NCBI GenBank assembly: GCA_964016885.1
Contig: OZ024743.1
Span: forward strand, 42,904,001-42,968,000
DNA: 64,000 bases
Direction of reading: 5' to 3'
Origin: Eledone cirrhosa
Lineage: Eukaryota
Shown: positions 13,510 to 26,459 of the stretch, piece by piece
How positions within the stretch are numbered: the stretch's first letter is position 1
How the letters are laid out: each line of letters begins with the position of its first letter
Notes under the pieces: model-generated
Told to the model about the DNA's origin: nothing
The model's input: the letters and a program-made list of their open reading frames with translations, nothing else
Database searches by the model: none
Made by a program: the position numbers and the translations under genes

Positions 13510-14112
13510 TGGCTGCCAACTCGTTTTCGAGTATGGCCACTACTTTATATCCATGTAGGAGAAACCCTATTGATGCGCTGAACGAGTGTGACTTTTTAGT
13601 CCAGCCTGCGACATGAAAACTCTGGCACAAACACTACACTTGTGACAATAATTGACACATAGTGCTGGGCCCATGGTACCATGTGACGACAAGTGCAGAG
13701 AGATCTCCAGATATAAAGCAATGCCTGTGCCGTGAAGCTTTTATAGTGAGAAAAGGCACTTCACAAAGCCAGTCCCACTCTCTTAACCAAGATGATATTT
13801 ATCAAAAAGAAGAACAAGTCAACATCATTGGATACCATCAGGGTTGCAGGTGTTATATCAGAGTTTTCCTTCTCCTAGAATTCTGCCTTGACAAAGGCTA
13901 AGGGGTCATCTCTCCCGGTGATTTTGGATGGCCATTGACTCTTAAGAGCTCCTTTGCCCTTTGACAGGTTTTGTTTTTAGTCCTGCAGGATGTCCAAAGT
14001 CACCCTCCTCACCAAGAAACCTTGGTGGGGTTGCCAGTTTAGTCGCCAACGACCCGACCACGAGACAGGTTGTACTGGGATACATGTTACCGGTAGCACC
14101 AACAGGTGACCT
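13020..14112 (-). mobile_element. Non-autonomous RTE/RTE-X-type LINE derivative with an internal (TA)n
   Basis: Minus-strand translation WILTKKL..FYRRMLRMALNI...NSELYG.PP...VQRRLRLAAH...LLWDP matches the RTE-type post-RT C-terminus. LLHG remnant lies before the TA tract. Confidence 0.7.
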
Positions 14113-14191
14113 GACATATATACAAACAGTCATGGCCGGCATAGACTGGTCTTAAGATTCTCTCGATCGATTGGTTATTGATTAGGCGATA

Positions 14192-14300
14192 CCCGCTGAT
14201 GAAGCCGCATAGGCCGATTGGCATTGTTAAATAATATATGCAGACAGATGGTGCAATGCACCTTACTGCTGCATTAGTGCGGTAGAAACTCGAGTCCGGG
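14192..14300 (+). ncRNA. Type I hammerhead with a large stem II insertion
   Basis: cccg-CTGATGA-a-gccgcat...(~65 nt)...gtgcggt-a-GAAA-ctcgag-TC-cggg: canonical GUC triplet, palindromic stem III. In a ~320 bp non-coding segment ending at (TA)n. Confidence 0.8.
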
Positions 14301-14444
14301 ACCTTATAGGCACCCGTTTTACGTGTGTTGTGTTGAAGCAAATAACTTTGTGCATACTCTTGTAATGTATCTTACATTGTCCACGGAGTGCGCTGAGATA
14401 CAACCGGTGCTGTAATTGATAAATATACTGGGTCCGTCAACCCT

Positions 14445-14507
<63 letters not shown>

Positions 14508-14510
<3 letters not shown>

Positions 14511-14660
14511 ATAATAATAAATTTGAAGACTAAAAACCAAAGATAAGGATAAATATATATCAAATATACAAGAACCGTAGAGCAAATATTTATTAAAATA
14601 ACAGATTAAAGTTTAAGCAAAGAATCGCTGCTTTCACCCTTAACGGGATCTTCTGAAACT
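14508..14660. repeat. Short dispersed TA-associated repeat (pLTR-end-like)
   Basis: Homologous to 25696-25852 and 49511-49668, where the second half is inverted. Confidence 0.65.
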
Positions 14661-14739
14661 GACAAAGTCAATCTGTAACCGCAGAAGTAAATATTTCAAA
14701 AAACGTTCAACCGAAGGAAGACAGGAAGACGATACTTTG

Positions 14740-15015
14740 GTTTGTGGAAACGTTCCCTGGCATACAACGGGAAAAATCGAATATAAAACGTCATTATTTG
14801 GAGCGGTGAAAAACAATTACACGCAAAGACAGAACCACGTTTATGGTATAAAAGATGTCGTAGACTAATATTCTCTTAGGTGGTTCATAGAGACGTTCTC
14901 TAGCGATGAACGAAAAAAACGAAGGTAATACGTCATATGTGGAGCGTGGAGAACAATTTCACGCGAAGACAAAACCACGTAAATGGTATAACTGAAGTCG
15001 TAGAATAAAATTCTA
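14740..15015. repeat. Diverged ~140 bp tandem duplication
   Basis: Both units share acgtca..tggagcg..aacaatt.cacgc.aagaca.aaccacgt..atggtataa...gtcgtaga.taa.attct. Confidence 0.75.
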
Positions 15016-15269
15016 ACGAGGAAACCGAATGATTCTCCGCTTCAGAGTTAAGAATAAAGTAAATAAAATACAGAGATAAATGAAATTAAATAAATACATA
15101 CACGCATCCAAATACGTACATACACAAGCATACGCGAAAACACTCGCCATAGGTATACAAATACACGCACATATAAATATGTGTGTGTGTGTGCGTGTAT
15201 ACAAATAATTAAATAAACGTATATAAATAAGAGAGTATTGAAGTTTGCTTGAAGCATTGTGGAATAATA

Positions 15270-17400
15270 AATAAATATCTTTAAGTCGTTTGGAAGCCTC
15301 GACAATGCAAATGGGTAAATCTCCGGGTAACAAGATCCGGTGGTGGAGAGAGAGATGTTAGTGGGTGTACCTTGAGATGCGTGGTGTGTAAAGATGTGTA
15401 AATGTGTAGAAGAAAAAAGGGAAGAGTATAAAGGATAAAATAAAAATAACAACACAACAGAGAGTTACCTTGGGAGAGATTTAATAGTCCCTATATATTT
15501 CGGATTCACATCCATCAACTGTGTTTTTTTTTCGGGGTAAAGTTTGTCTGCCGGACAGGTGCGAAACGCGTCCTCCACTGTTTGTTGTTTTGAATATCTG
15601 AGGTATTCGGCAGAGCGCGCGTGCGCGTGAAATGGGGTCGGTCGGGCAGAGGTCAGCGGCGGAATGTGGGAGTGGGGTGGCGCTAGCTGTCAGTCCATTA
15701 TCTGTCTGTTTGTTAAACGTTACTGTGTGTGTGTGTGTGCGTGTGTTGTCTCGCTTGAGTGTGTGTGCGTGTGCGTGTGTAGTTGCCTTGTTCCTCTGGA
15801 GGACGCGTTTCGCACCTGTCCGACAGACAACCTTTACCCCGAAAAAAACCCCAGTTGATGGATGTGAATCCGAAATATATAGGGACTATTAAATCTCTCC
15901 CAAGGTAACTCTCTCTTGTGTTGTTATTTTTATTTTATCCTTTATACTCTTCCCTTCTTTCTTCTACACATTTACACATCTTTACACACCACGCATCTCA
16001 TTAACAGAGGAACAAGGCAACTACACACGCACACACACACACACACTCAAGCGAGACAACCACACACGCACACACACACAAACGACTTAAAGATATTTTT
16101 GTATATAAATAAATAAATACGTATATAACAAGCGCACACACATACCTACATGTAAATACACAAATGTTCGGAGACGAACGTCATCCAAAACACAAAGTAC
16201 ACATATACACACACCCTACATACGTACGAACCCTCATACTCACACAGACGCAAAACTCACGTATACACATAAACAAAAGCATATGTACCAGAATATATAA
16301 AATATACGCTATAACATATACAATCAAATATACGTACGAGAAAGAATACGTACCTTCACAAAACATACAGGTAATATATACATACCTATGCAAATAAGTA
16401 ATGGTATAAACATAACATATACTTAGCTACCACAACAAGACGTAAAATATCCGCGTATAGATCGTACTATCCGTAGGGTATAATGTGGGCTGTAATACAG
16501 GAAAGTTTTGTGCAATTTATGTTTACAAGCCGAAATTGCCTCAGATTTTTTGTTTAAGGTGTAGGCTGTGGCGTAGAGTATTTCCAGGGCCTCAGCGGCG
16601 CAGAGGTCACATGGTCTTTTATTTCCGTTATACGATCTGGCCCTAGCTAGGATCTCCCAGTATAACTTATATTGGGTGTGGTTGTCTTTTAGACTCCAGT
16701 TATAAGCTGAAAGTGACGTCATATTCCTTCTTAGAGGGTAAGGAAAAGAAAGGGTATGCATGTAAAGACGCTGCTTGAATCTATTGGCGGTTAACCCTAT
16801 GTAGGCCGTACAGGACGTGGGTGTTACAACCTTACATTTGTAGACAATGTTATTAGAGAGGCATTTCCCGGATAGGGGGCAATAAACCCGATTCCTACAA
16901 TTACAGTTAGTACTAACTACAGGGTTGCACGTGTTCCTACGGCTATGTAGTTTAGCTAAATTTGAAGCTGTGATCTTATGTGCAAGGTTAGGAGTCGTAG
17001 AATAAGAAATTTTAATAGTATTTCTATTAAAAAGTTTACTATATTTATGTGTACGGGGAAAATGCTTCGTAATAAGGGATAGAAAGATCTTAGCTAATGA
17101 TGTGGCCACCTCCATATTATATGGTGGGTTATACAATATAATGCGTCAGGATCTATTTCTACTAGGTCTATACTCGTACTCTGTATATGCTACTTTATCG
17201 ACAAATCCACTCCGAGCAAGAGCTTCATTGTAATATGTGGAATGGTCGTTAAAAATATGCTCGTTAGTAGATAGACGGGAAAGCCTCAATGAAACGTTTC
17301 TTACCAGGTTCTTGGTTATGCTGGCAGGACGGTTGGAATGCTTACTTATGTAATTAAGCGTATCATTCGGCTTTCTATACGGGTACTACAAGCCATTGTA
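15270..17400 (-). mobile_element. Penelope-like retroelement family 2, 5'-truncated, with an inverted pLTR block
   Basis: Thumb motif PYRKPNDTLNYISKHSN at ~17310-17385 (-). pLTR segments 15373-15578 / 15797-16000 and 15720-15798 / 16005-16080 are mutually inverted. Confidence 0.85.
16423..17136 (-). pseudogene. PLE C-terminal linker + GIY-YIG endonuclease fragment
   Basis: YNPPYN..KHFP..KYSKLFNRNTIKISYS, CNCR....CPLSGKC, NIVYKC...YIGLT..FKQR, CDLC..E...LNKKSE...CKH. The RT core is absent. Confidence 0.88.
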
Positions 17401-17427
17401 AGGCAATTTCGGCTTGTAAACATAAAG

Positions 17428-19530
17428 AGACTTTCCTACTTCCTCTCCCTGATCATACGGCCCATCATTGAAATGTCCCAGATATATATGACAGCACGGA
17501 GGACCTCTTCAGCTGAATCAGCGAAAATAACCGATCTAGGGACCTAACAGACTGTATAATAGGTAGTATGGATGTTGTGTCCCAATATCCTACCATTGAC
17601 GTGGATTTTGCTGTGGAGAAATGCGTAGAAATGATCAGTGAGAGCAATGTTGAATTCTGTGGCATTGATACCAGTGAGCTGGGACTCCTACTTAAACATA
17701 CCTATAGTAATGATTATCTAGATACGTATGACCTTAGAAACATCTGCCCCACAAGACCAGCAAGAGCCAGACCACTTACCATTACCTCAATGACCAAGAA
17801 AACCCACACAGAAAGATGGAACGGTTGGACCAGAGCCATATGGACCCCCGAAAATCACGATGAACTAAAGAAAATGATTGCACATGCGGTGGGGGCCAGT
17901 ATAAAACTAACCCTTAAGGAACATATTTTCAAATTTAATGGAAAAACATATGCCCAAGAGGAGGGAGCAGCCATTGGTGTTAGCATTGCAGGTGACATAG
18001 CTAACTTATTCATGGTATGGTGGGACAATAAACTTAAACTTAAACTTAAAGAAGAATTAGAAGACAGCAACCTCTTAACCCTGATAATGTACTCCCGCTA
18101 CGTTGATGATATAAACAACGTAGTTAAAACACCCCCACTAGAGAACAGTCAGGAATTAGAGAAAAACACCATGGAAAGCATCCAGCAAATAGCTAACTCC
18201 ATCCTCCAGAGTATTAGAATTACTATAGACTACCCAAGAAAACACCCCAACCATCGATTACCTGTACTAGACACAGAGCTCTGGTTAGAAACCATTAATA
18301 ACAAAATACAAATCCTCCATTCCCATTATGCCAAAACCATGACTTCTAAATATCTGATCGACCGAAACTCAGCTGTTTCGGATCACACCAATATCAACAT
18401 ACTGATTACGGATTTGGTACGGGTGATGAGAAACATGTCCCGCATGTGCAACCCCAACTTCATCCATCGTATGCAGTTCTCTGGTTACAATCAGAGAGAT
18501 AAAATCAGAGTATATAGAGGAGCCAGAACCAAATGGGAAAACATGGTAAACAATGATACAAATGGGATCTGCCCCTTGTATAGGAGCAAGTTTTAGAATA
18601 GAATAGAAAGAACTTGGAATAAGGTTAATAGAATAAACTCATGGTATGATAGCAATAAATACCAGAGTGTAATGTTCATCAATACAACCCATACAGGTGA
18701 ATTAGCTTACAAATTTAGAAGGGCCCTAGATAAACTTAAACTTAATATTAAGATAGTAGAAAGACCAAGTACCTCCCAAAAAACACTTATTAGTAATACA
18801 TACCCTTTTCAAAGACCTCCCTGTATAGATAAGAAATGCATAATCTGTAAACTAAGCCCCCTTATTAACTGTAAAACTAGAAATGTAGTATATAGCGTAA
18901 GATGTACTGAAGGACAATGTAAAGATAAGAATATAGTGTACATAGGTGAGACAGCTCGTAGTATAGGAGAAATGTTAAATGAACACTGGCGAGAGCTTCA
19001 AGATAAAAAAGAATCATCAATACTCCACCGACATGCTAAAATAGAACATAAGGGCAAATTAGAGAACATAGAAATAAAAATAGAATCTACACACAGAAAA
19101 GACGCAATGATTAGACAAATCACCGACCAAAATGAACTCCAACCAAAATTAAATAGAAAACATGAATGGAATAGCAACATCAAAACTTACAATTAAGGAC
19201 AAAATGAAAACACACACACACATAGACAAACAACCAACCAGTATCATGTAAATAAACAAATAAATAAACAAATAAAAACACACACAGACACCCGGATGTA
19301 ACACATGCGCAAACTAAGCACACAACACACACAAAAAGAAAATGGCGTAGGACAGAACAAAGGAGAGGCACAAAACAAAGAAAAGAATCCCCAGTCTCTG
19401 AAGAGGTCACAGAATGTGTGACGAAAGAACTTTGACAATATATGAACAACCGCCTCGTTGTGGAACCAACCAACCAACCAGAAATTTATAAATTCTTAAA
19501 TTTATAATAAATTGGAGTGAAAGCAAAAAC
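17428..19530 (+). mobile_element. Older PLE related to family 1; RT + GIY-YIG pseudogene
   Basis: ORF pieces 17568-18596 (GAAIGVSIAGD, YSRYVDD) and 18672-19196 (VVYSVRC, YIGETARS) are collinear with 5133-6932. Has frameshifts and a stop; a pLTR follows. Confidence 0.92.
19394..19436 (+). ncRNA. Minimal type I hammerhead in a pLTR
   Basis: gtct-CTGAAGA-g-gtcaca gaatg tgtgac-GAAA-gaac-TT-tgac; the first stem I pair is mismatched. Confidence 0.65.
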
Positions 19531-19550
19531 GATATATATATATATATATA

Positions 19551-19810
19551 TTTCGTTTCTGAATTTGTTTAGCAAGATTCTTTATCTGAAAACGTGTGTT
19601 GAAACCGATATTGTTATACTTCGGGACGGTCATGTTGTCAATAAGAAACACACGCACCAGATACTTTCACTCCAATTTATTATAAGTTAACTTAAATTAT
19701 AAATTTAAGAAATTTATAACTTTCGGTTGGTTGGTTGGTTCCACAACCGGACGGTTGTTCATATATTGTCAAAGTTCTTTCGTCACACATTCTGTGACCT
19801 CATCAGTAAC
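19551..19810 (-). mobile_element. Inverted pLTR of the older PLE, including HHR (19767-19810) and terminal tail
   Basis: gtta-CTGATGA-ggtcaca..tgtgac-GAAA-gaac-TT-tgac. End tgacc.tccc.aagtataacaatatc.gtttc.acacacg is homologous to 7440-7519 and abuts (TA)n. Confidence 0.85.
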
Positions 19811-19924
19811 ACAGAGGGCATGTCTGCTTGAAATATAACCCTGTGATATTCTGTTTTAGCAGTTAAAATAGAGTCTTCTCTATATATATTTAACAGGATA
19901 TCACACAGGAAGTTTTTTTGTTTC

Positions 19925-20270
19925 GCGAATGGTGTCTTGCGACTTTGGCAACTTGGAGGGCCCCTATCATTCAAGATTGAGGAATAGAATCGAATGCTTG
20001 CCTGTAATCCAACCAGATTGCAACCATGTCCTACCTATATCACCGCAACTTTGTCATCATGGTTTTCTTATGTTGCTGAACACACCTCAAACTTTTTGTT
20101 GCCAGCTTCATACTCAGCTGTGATGAAATTATTATTGTCAAAGTGATCCTGGAGAAATAAGTTCAGACAGGATGTATGCATTAGGGTGTGGCATGCAATG
20201 AGTCTAGATGTATGCCAAGTGGGCATTTTTGTGGTCCAATACTGTTTGTCAACCACACTAGTCTATGTGC
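19925..20270 (-). pseudogene. Degenerate R4/Dong-type RT fragment
   Basis: Minus frames give ..IAC..TSCLNLFLQDHFDNNNFITAE.. and IWLDYRQAFDSIPQS, compared with WIDYKKAFDMVPHSW in the 39 kb element. Confidence 0.65.
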
Positions 20271-23200
20271 ATCTTCTATCATAGCTTGCTGGTAGAGTTT
20301 TAATAAGATGTATCCGATATGTATGTATGTTTGTATGTATGTATGTATGTACGCATCCATGTTTGTATGTATGTAGGGGCTTACACTGTATTCGTTGCTA
20401 AGACGATAAATCTTCGGATTGATATAGACAGACAGATAGATAGAGAGAAAGAATCACAAAGGGACAGGAGTGAAGAGAGAAATGCACATTTAGGCATATA
20501 CGTTAAAACCAATATTTGACTATCCTCGCATATATAGACATATTGATAAGAAAAGTAAAGTCGATTACAAATAATACATAGTATCATTAATCTAAAATAT
20601 GAGATAATAAAGCTGTAAAATAAACTAATACAAGTTAAACATGCGGTAACATACTTTGAACAGAATACGTAGAATAACATCAGGCTTAATGGAATAATAT
20701 TAATGTTAAGTTAGAGTGGAGTAATCCAGAAAATGTTAGGTTAACTATGGTGGAGTTATATGGAAAGCGTGGATCATATTGATCGGTAGTATTAACAGAA
20801 ACTGGTGTAACATCTTGTCGTCTCCTTGGGCTAAATCATGGACAATTTAATGTGTGCGGCGTAGAATTATAGAATCATATTTATATCTAAGTACTTCATA
20901 ATTCTTCACTGAACATTATATTTAACAATATAGTAAAATGTATGAGATGGTTAAATAAATAAGTAGGTTAGAGCTATTCCTCAAAGTACGAAGTCATAAC
21001 TGTGAGTCTAAATACAAAATATGAGAAATAATACTCAATAATTGATACACCCATGATGCAAGAAAATTTGTTTAGAACCACAGGTGCAAGCAGATTGAAT
21101 GGAAGAGAGCGAAGGTCATGTTTTAGATGATATACTTTCTACAGATCTGTTAACTCTCCCTGTCTGACAGGGATATTTCCAACCCACTTTGGGGTGGGTG
21201 AGAGATGTCTTATCTGGTGAAAATGGGTATAGCTTTCATTATGTAAATCATACCATTTTACCTCATTTCTCCCCGTTTTGGTGCACTTTTTTCATTGTAT
21301 TTCCCGCTTGTGTTTTAGAGGTTAGCAGGTCTGTATGCATTTGTGTTGCTATCTGTATAGAAAACGTATAGCTAAATATAACGATAGATATATAGAAAAA
21401 GAAAATTATAAATAATTGAATGTATAAATTAGTAAAACAGCAACATATATAATCCAATGGAAAAATAGAATGAGAGATGTTGAAGAGAATGAGAACCCTA
21501 AGATCTAGTTTAATCAAATAAAGTTGTTTCGGTGAAACAAAATAGACCATAGTTATATAATCCAGTGAGCTATATAAAAGAACAACCGGGACGATATTGA
21601 TCTTGGATTGATCCGTAACTGGGGCCGTTTCATGTCTTCACACTAAACCATGGGTTGTATGCATTATATTCTATATTTTGAAACATTATGGTGCTACATA
21701 AGTGAAACAATATAAAATTAATATAAGAACATAAATATTAAGATATTAAGATTAAGCATGGGTTGAGTCATATGATTACAAGTAGAAATAAATGAAGTAT
21801 ACGAGTTAGGCGAGAGGATCTGCTTGATGTGTCTATATGTAACCGGAATCTTATGTACATTCAGTGATCAACGTTTCAAAAGTTAAGAAGTTATCTCATA
21901 ACGAACAAAATTACTACGTGTTTGGATGTGCGTAATTAGCACAATAATTACACCCTTCAAAGTATTAGTTCACCTTCCATTTGCTTATTAAACACAGTTT
22001 AAATTGTATTAAATCACTTTAATCTCATATACGTTGACTGACAAAGCTATATATTTGATTTTATACTTTTAGAGGAATGTTTGTTTACGAATATAGCTCC
22101 GTGTTTTTAATGATTTGGAGTTGATCCTATATAGGTTTTCTTGTTATTGTTAGTTTCGTCATCGCATTTAAACACGATATTTTTGTTAAATATTGCGATT
22201 AAAGCGATCAGATATTAGCGGTATAACAATTAGAAAATTATTCTCTCGACCCACTTTGGATGTTACATGTTCATTTGGTTATGTTGGTATCTCCTATATT
22301 CCTCACATGTTAATTGGGGTCAAATAGAATAGCCTAATATTTTTTTGGCTGGTGGTAGTATACTGTTTATAAATTGCAGAGAAATTTTCCTTTCGTATTT
22401 TAAAAAGAAGCAGTTTGCTATTGTGGTGGAGACTGTTGTGTTGAAGTGTCAGTACCATCAAATGGGTATGTGCCTATTAATTCTTATATTTCTACGTGAG
22501 CAGTTAAGACAAATGATTTTTCACAGAAACCATTTCTGCCTGAGGCACTGTTATAATATTTCCCCACTCGATGTTTTGCCTTAATATTATAATCTACTTG
22601 CATTGTAGAGGTTTCAAAAATCAACGATTTTCCAAAATTAACAATGCCTCACTAAAGTATTTCACATAAGGTTATTTTTCGTGCGAACCCTGTTAATGGC
22701 CATTTTTTTCCTCTTTTCTATATGTGTATATATTTAAAAAGGAACCTTAGTTTCACATTTTCTGCGTTTGACGATTTCCATTATATCTATTCTAGTGTTC
22801 TTGCTTCATGGTCTCGGTGGAGAGAAGGGCGAATGCAGTATATGGTAGAATGGTGAATGAGATGCGTTGAAATCTCAATCTAAAAAGGTGGGCTCGCTTT
22901 GCAGATGGTCATCTCAATGCTGATTTTGGATGCCTAGGAACTTAGACGTTTCCACCATTATAGGGTCAACTAGGACGATGTAATTCAGCTTAAAAATGCT
23001 AAACCTGTTAATTTCTGGGACGAAGCATGTTTGTGTCGCTACTATGATTGGTTGGTATCTATGTGATTTTATATTTGATTTCCATAGCTTGATATATTAG
23101 GTAATTGACATTCCCCGTAACCATTGCCTGACCAATCTATTGTCGGTGATATTTAAGTGATAAGAGTTATTTATAAGCTCATGCGAGATATTAGTGTCTC

Positions 23201-24056
23201 TACGTGGGTGCAAGAGCCAATACTATCAGTGTTATCCCTACCACCACTCTCTCTTGTCTGAATTCAACGCAGTCCACATTCTTGGATGATTAAACGAGAA
23301 CTCTTGTTCCGACCAGTAGTCGAGTCCCCGAAAAGTAGCATGAGTTTTGTACGTCCATCTAATCACACCTAATTTACAATATGATATCAACATCACTTTG
23401 CATTGATACATTTGCCATTATTGCAAAATCGCATTTTTTAAAATTCTGACGTAACATGGAGAACAATGCACCGTTCGACTTTAGTTAGTTGTTCTTAGTG
23501 AAGTTGCATATACCACATAAAACTGAAGAATTTAACTTGGTCATAAGGTACTTTTCTCCATCAATCATTTGTGGATATTGATTAATGCCATATCACTAAT
23601 GGAAATTGTCATAACACTCATTCAACAACAGATGTTCGTTATATATATTTCCATTATAACTCAATATTATTCTCTCTGAATGACATAATAATATCCTATC
23701 CCAAAGTCTGGTATTGACGCATGGCATTTCCATCTTTCAATATGCTTTTGATATCGCTTCTCTTTTCAAGCGCAACTTTCCACTCGGTAATAATATTATT
23801 TCTTAACTATCTAAATGGATTTGATATCATCAAATTTTGAAATATGTAAGACAATGCCCTGTGGCATTGTTCCAGCTGTTTCTGTTCGAGTTTCAAATAC
23901 TACCAACGATAATTTGTATTTCAACATATCTTCGTTCTCAAAAACGCACGCCGAGTAAAATGGTGGATTTTTTATATCATCTGTTGGCTAATCGTGTGAT
24001 ATCATTTCCGATTTCTCAGGTTCTGGGTTAAAATCCACGTTCTTTTCACCAGAACA

Positions 24057-24106
<50 letters not shown>

Positions 24107-24110
<4 letters not shown>

Positions 24111-25038
24111 TGAAACAAAATGAAAACGAAATTTCATTTCTCACTCTTAGTATGGCACTTACTTAAATGTAAGTATGCATGTATACGTACATACATATAT
24201 GTATACAGACGTACAGTAGCATGCACATATATATATATACATATATACATACATATGCATACAGGTACACATACATATATGCACGTATCAGTTTAGCGGC
24301 GCTTATTATAACGTCGCTTTGTTCGTTTGTAAACAAACTGAACAGCCTGAATTTATGCCATACGGTGTTAAGGCAACCACGTCACCTTTTTGTTCAACAC
24401 TGACACAGGAACGATGTACTAGTTTCAAGCTTGTTAGCTATCATCAGCACCGTTTACCCATCTGCCAGATAGTTGAACGTTCGAAAGTATATACTTTCCT
24501 TATGAAAATTAACGGCTGAACAGCCTAATTTGCATATTGAGTGAGTTAAATCGGCCAGGCATACCGAAAACGATAAATTGAAACAAAATGAAAACGAAAT
24601 TTCATTTCTCACTCTTAGTATGGCACTTACTTAAATGTAAGTATGCATGTATACGTACATACATATATGTATACAGACGTACAGTAGCATGCACACATAT
24701 ATATATATATATATATACATATATTCATACATATGCATACAGGTACACATACATATATGCACGTATCAGTTTAGCGGCGCTTATTATAACGTCGCTTTGT
24801 TCGTTTGTAAACAAACTGAACAGCCTGAATTTATGCCATACGGTGTTAAGGCAACCACGTCACCTTTTACAAACGAACAAAGCGACGTTATAATAAGCGC
24901 CGCTAAACTGATACGTGCATATATGTATGTGTACCTGTATGCATATGTATGTATATATGTATATATATATATATATATATGTGCATGCTACTGTACGTCT
25001 GTATACATATATGTATGTACGTATACATGCATACTTAC

Positions 25039-25042
<4 letters not shown>
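24107..25042 (-). mobile_element. Non-coding HHR element: ~468 bp unit + partial direct repeat + inverted copy, in (TA)n
   Basis: 24107-24390 is repeated at 24575-24868; 24866-25042 is an inverted copy. HHR at 24410-24454. Confidence 0.85.
24410..24454 (-). ncRNA. Minimal type I hammerhead ribozyme
   Basis: aacggtg-CTGATGA-t-agct aaca agct-t-GAAA-ctag-TA-catcgtt: 7-bp stem I, GUA triplet. Confidence 0.88.
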
Positions 25043-25120
<78 letters not shown>

Positions 25121-25121
<1 letters not shown>

Positions 25122-25368
25122 TGGGCCGGCCACCGCTCTGTAAACTTAGTTCCTGTTTGTTACTGGAATTCTATAAGAATCCAACATACATAGTTTTCGG
25201 CAGACAGGGAGAGTACTGAGTTTTGACAAGTACCAATCAGCGCTGTCAAATTATCTCCCCCTGCCTGCCGAAAATTTAAGTAAGCGACAATGTCGCTACT
25301 TTAAAATAATAGCGTATGGTCTTCAAAAGGCATTTAATTAAGCATACAGTGTATTGCAATATACACTA

Positions 25369-25372
<4 letters not shown>
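25121..25372 (+). repeat. Structured TA-flanked short element related to 10541-10845 (copy at 48940-49190)
   Basis: The 3' ~90 bp is homologous to 10741-10830. Long hairpin ttttcggcag.caggg..ccctgcctgccgaaaa at 25194-25274. Confidence 0.65.
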
Positions 25373-25415
<43 letters not shown>

Positions 25416-25567
25416 TGTACCCTTGAAATATATATAATAGAATAAATATGGTTTTATAAATATAGTTTCCATTTATTTAATATCATTGAATATAATACTC
25501 CAGAAATCTGTTGAGTTATAAACATTTATATTTGTTGAATTACCAACAAAATGAATATCCCTTTTGT

Positions 25568-25698
<131 letters not shown>

Positions 25699-25902
25699 AT
25701 AATAATAAATGTGAAGACTAAAATCCAAAGAGGACTCGATAAGGATAATATATATATCAACATATATAAATAGAGCAAATATTTATTAAGCAAAGCATCG
25801 TTAAGGGTGAAAGGAGCGATTCTTTGATTAAACTTTAATCTGTTATTTTAATATATATATATATATATTTATATATGTGTGTGTGTGTATGTGTGTGTGT
25901 GT

Positions 25903-25971
<69 letters not shown>

Positions 25972-26231
25972 TGTGTGTGTGAAGACATTATGTAGATGCT
26001 ATATATACACCTCTAGAATCTACATAATATATAGAATACATGCATATATTACATAACTATTTCCAATAGTCAAGAAGTAAACCTGAAAATGCTCTTAAGT
26101 ATAATTATAAATGATTATCCTCTTACCACAGGACAATTCTAATTGTGATCGAAACTAGATAGAGAAAAGACGCAGTATACGTCTGAATAAATTAGTAATA
26201 TTTACAATGAGTAAATCATAACTTGAATTTA

Positions 26232-26459
26232 TTAACCCTTTAGCATTTCATTACTTTATATATACTATTGTATTTTTGTGGTAAAGGCTTTACCTTACAT
26301 AATAATCTCACATAATATCGAATATATGAGATTTTGATGTTATTTATTTTGAGAAAAGTAACATAATGTCAGTATGACTGGCCGGATACGGCCAGCTTTA
26401 ACAGAAAGAATTGAGAGAATTCTGGCCGGATACGACCGGTTTAAATGCTAAAGCGTTAA
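26232..26459. mobile_element. piggyBac-type MITE (copy at 50102-50329)
   Basis: TTAA-CCCTTTAGCATTT ... AAATGCTAAAGCG-TTAA termini; subterminal ggccggatacg repeat. Confidence 0.8.

Noticed and set aside
14035-14112. HDV-like ribozyme at the RTE 5' end (..ggcgactaaactg)
   Set aside because: I could not build P1 or the double pseudoknot by eye; this needs a descriptor search.
14615-14660. Minus-strand cagaaga-tccc..ggg-tGAAA
   Set aside because: Core and cleavage triplet are mutated; not called as a ribozyme.
16423-17136. Selenocysteine recoding, as reported for some Naiad PLE endonucleases
   Set aside because: No in-frame TGA in this ORF; the Cys positions are ordinary codons.
20300-24050. 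Host exons in the unique AT-rich stretch
   Set aside because: Only short motif-less ORFs. A small exon cannot be excluded without RNA data.
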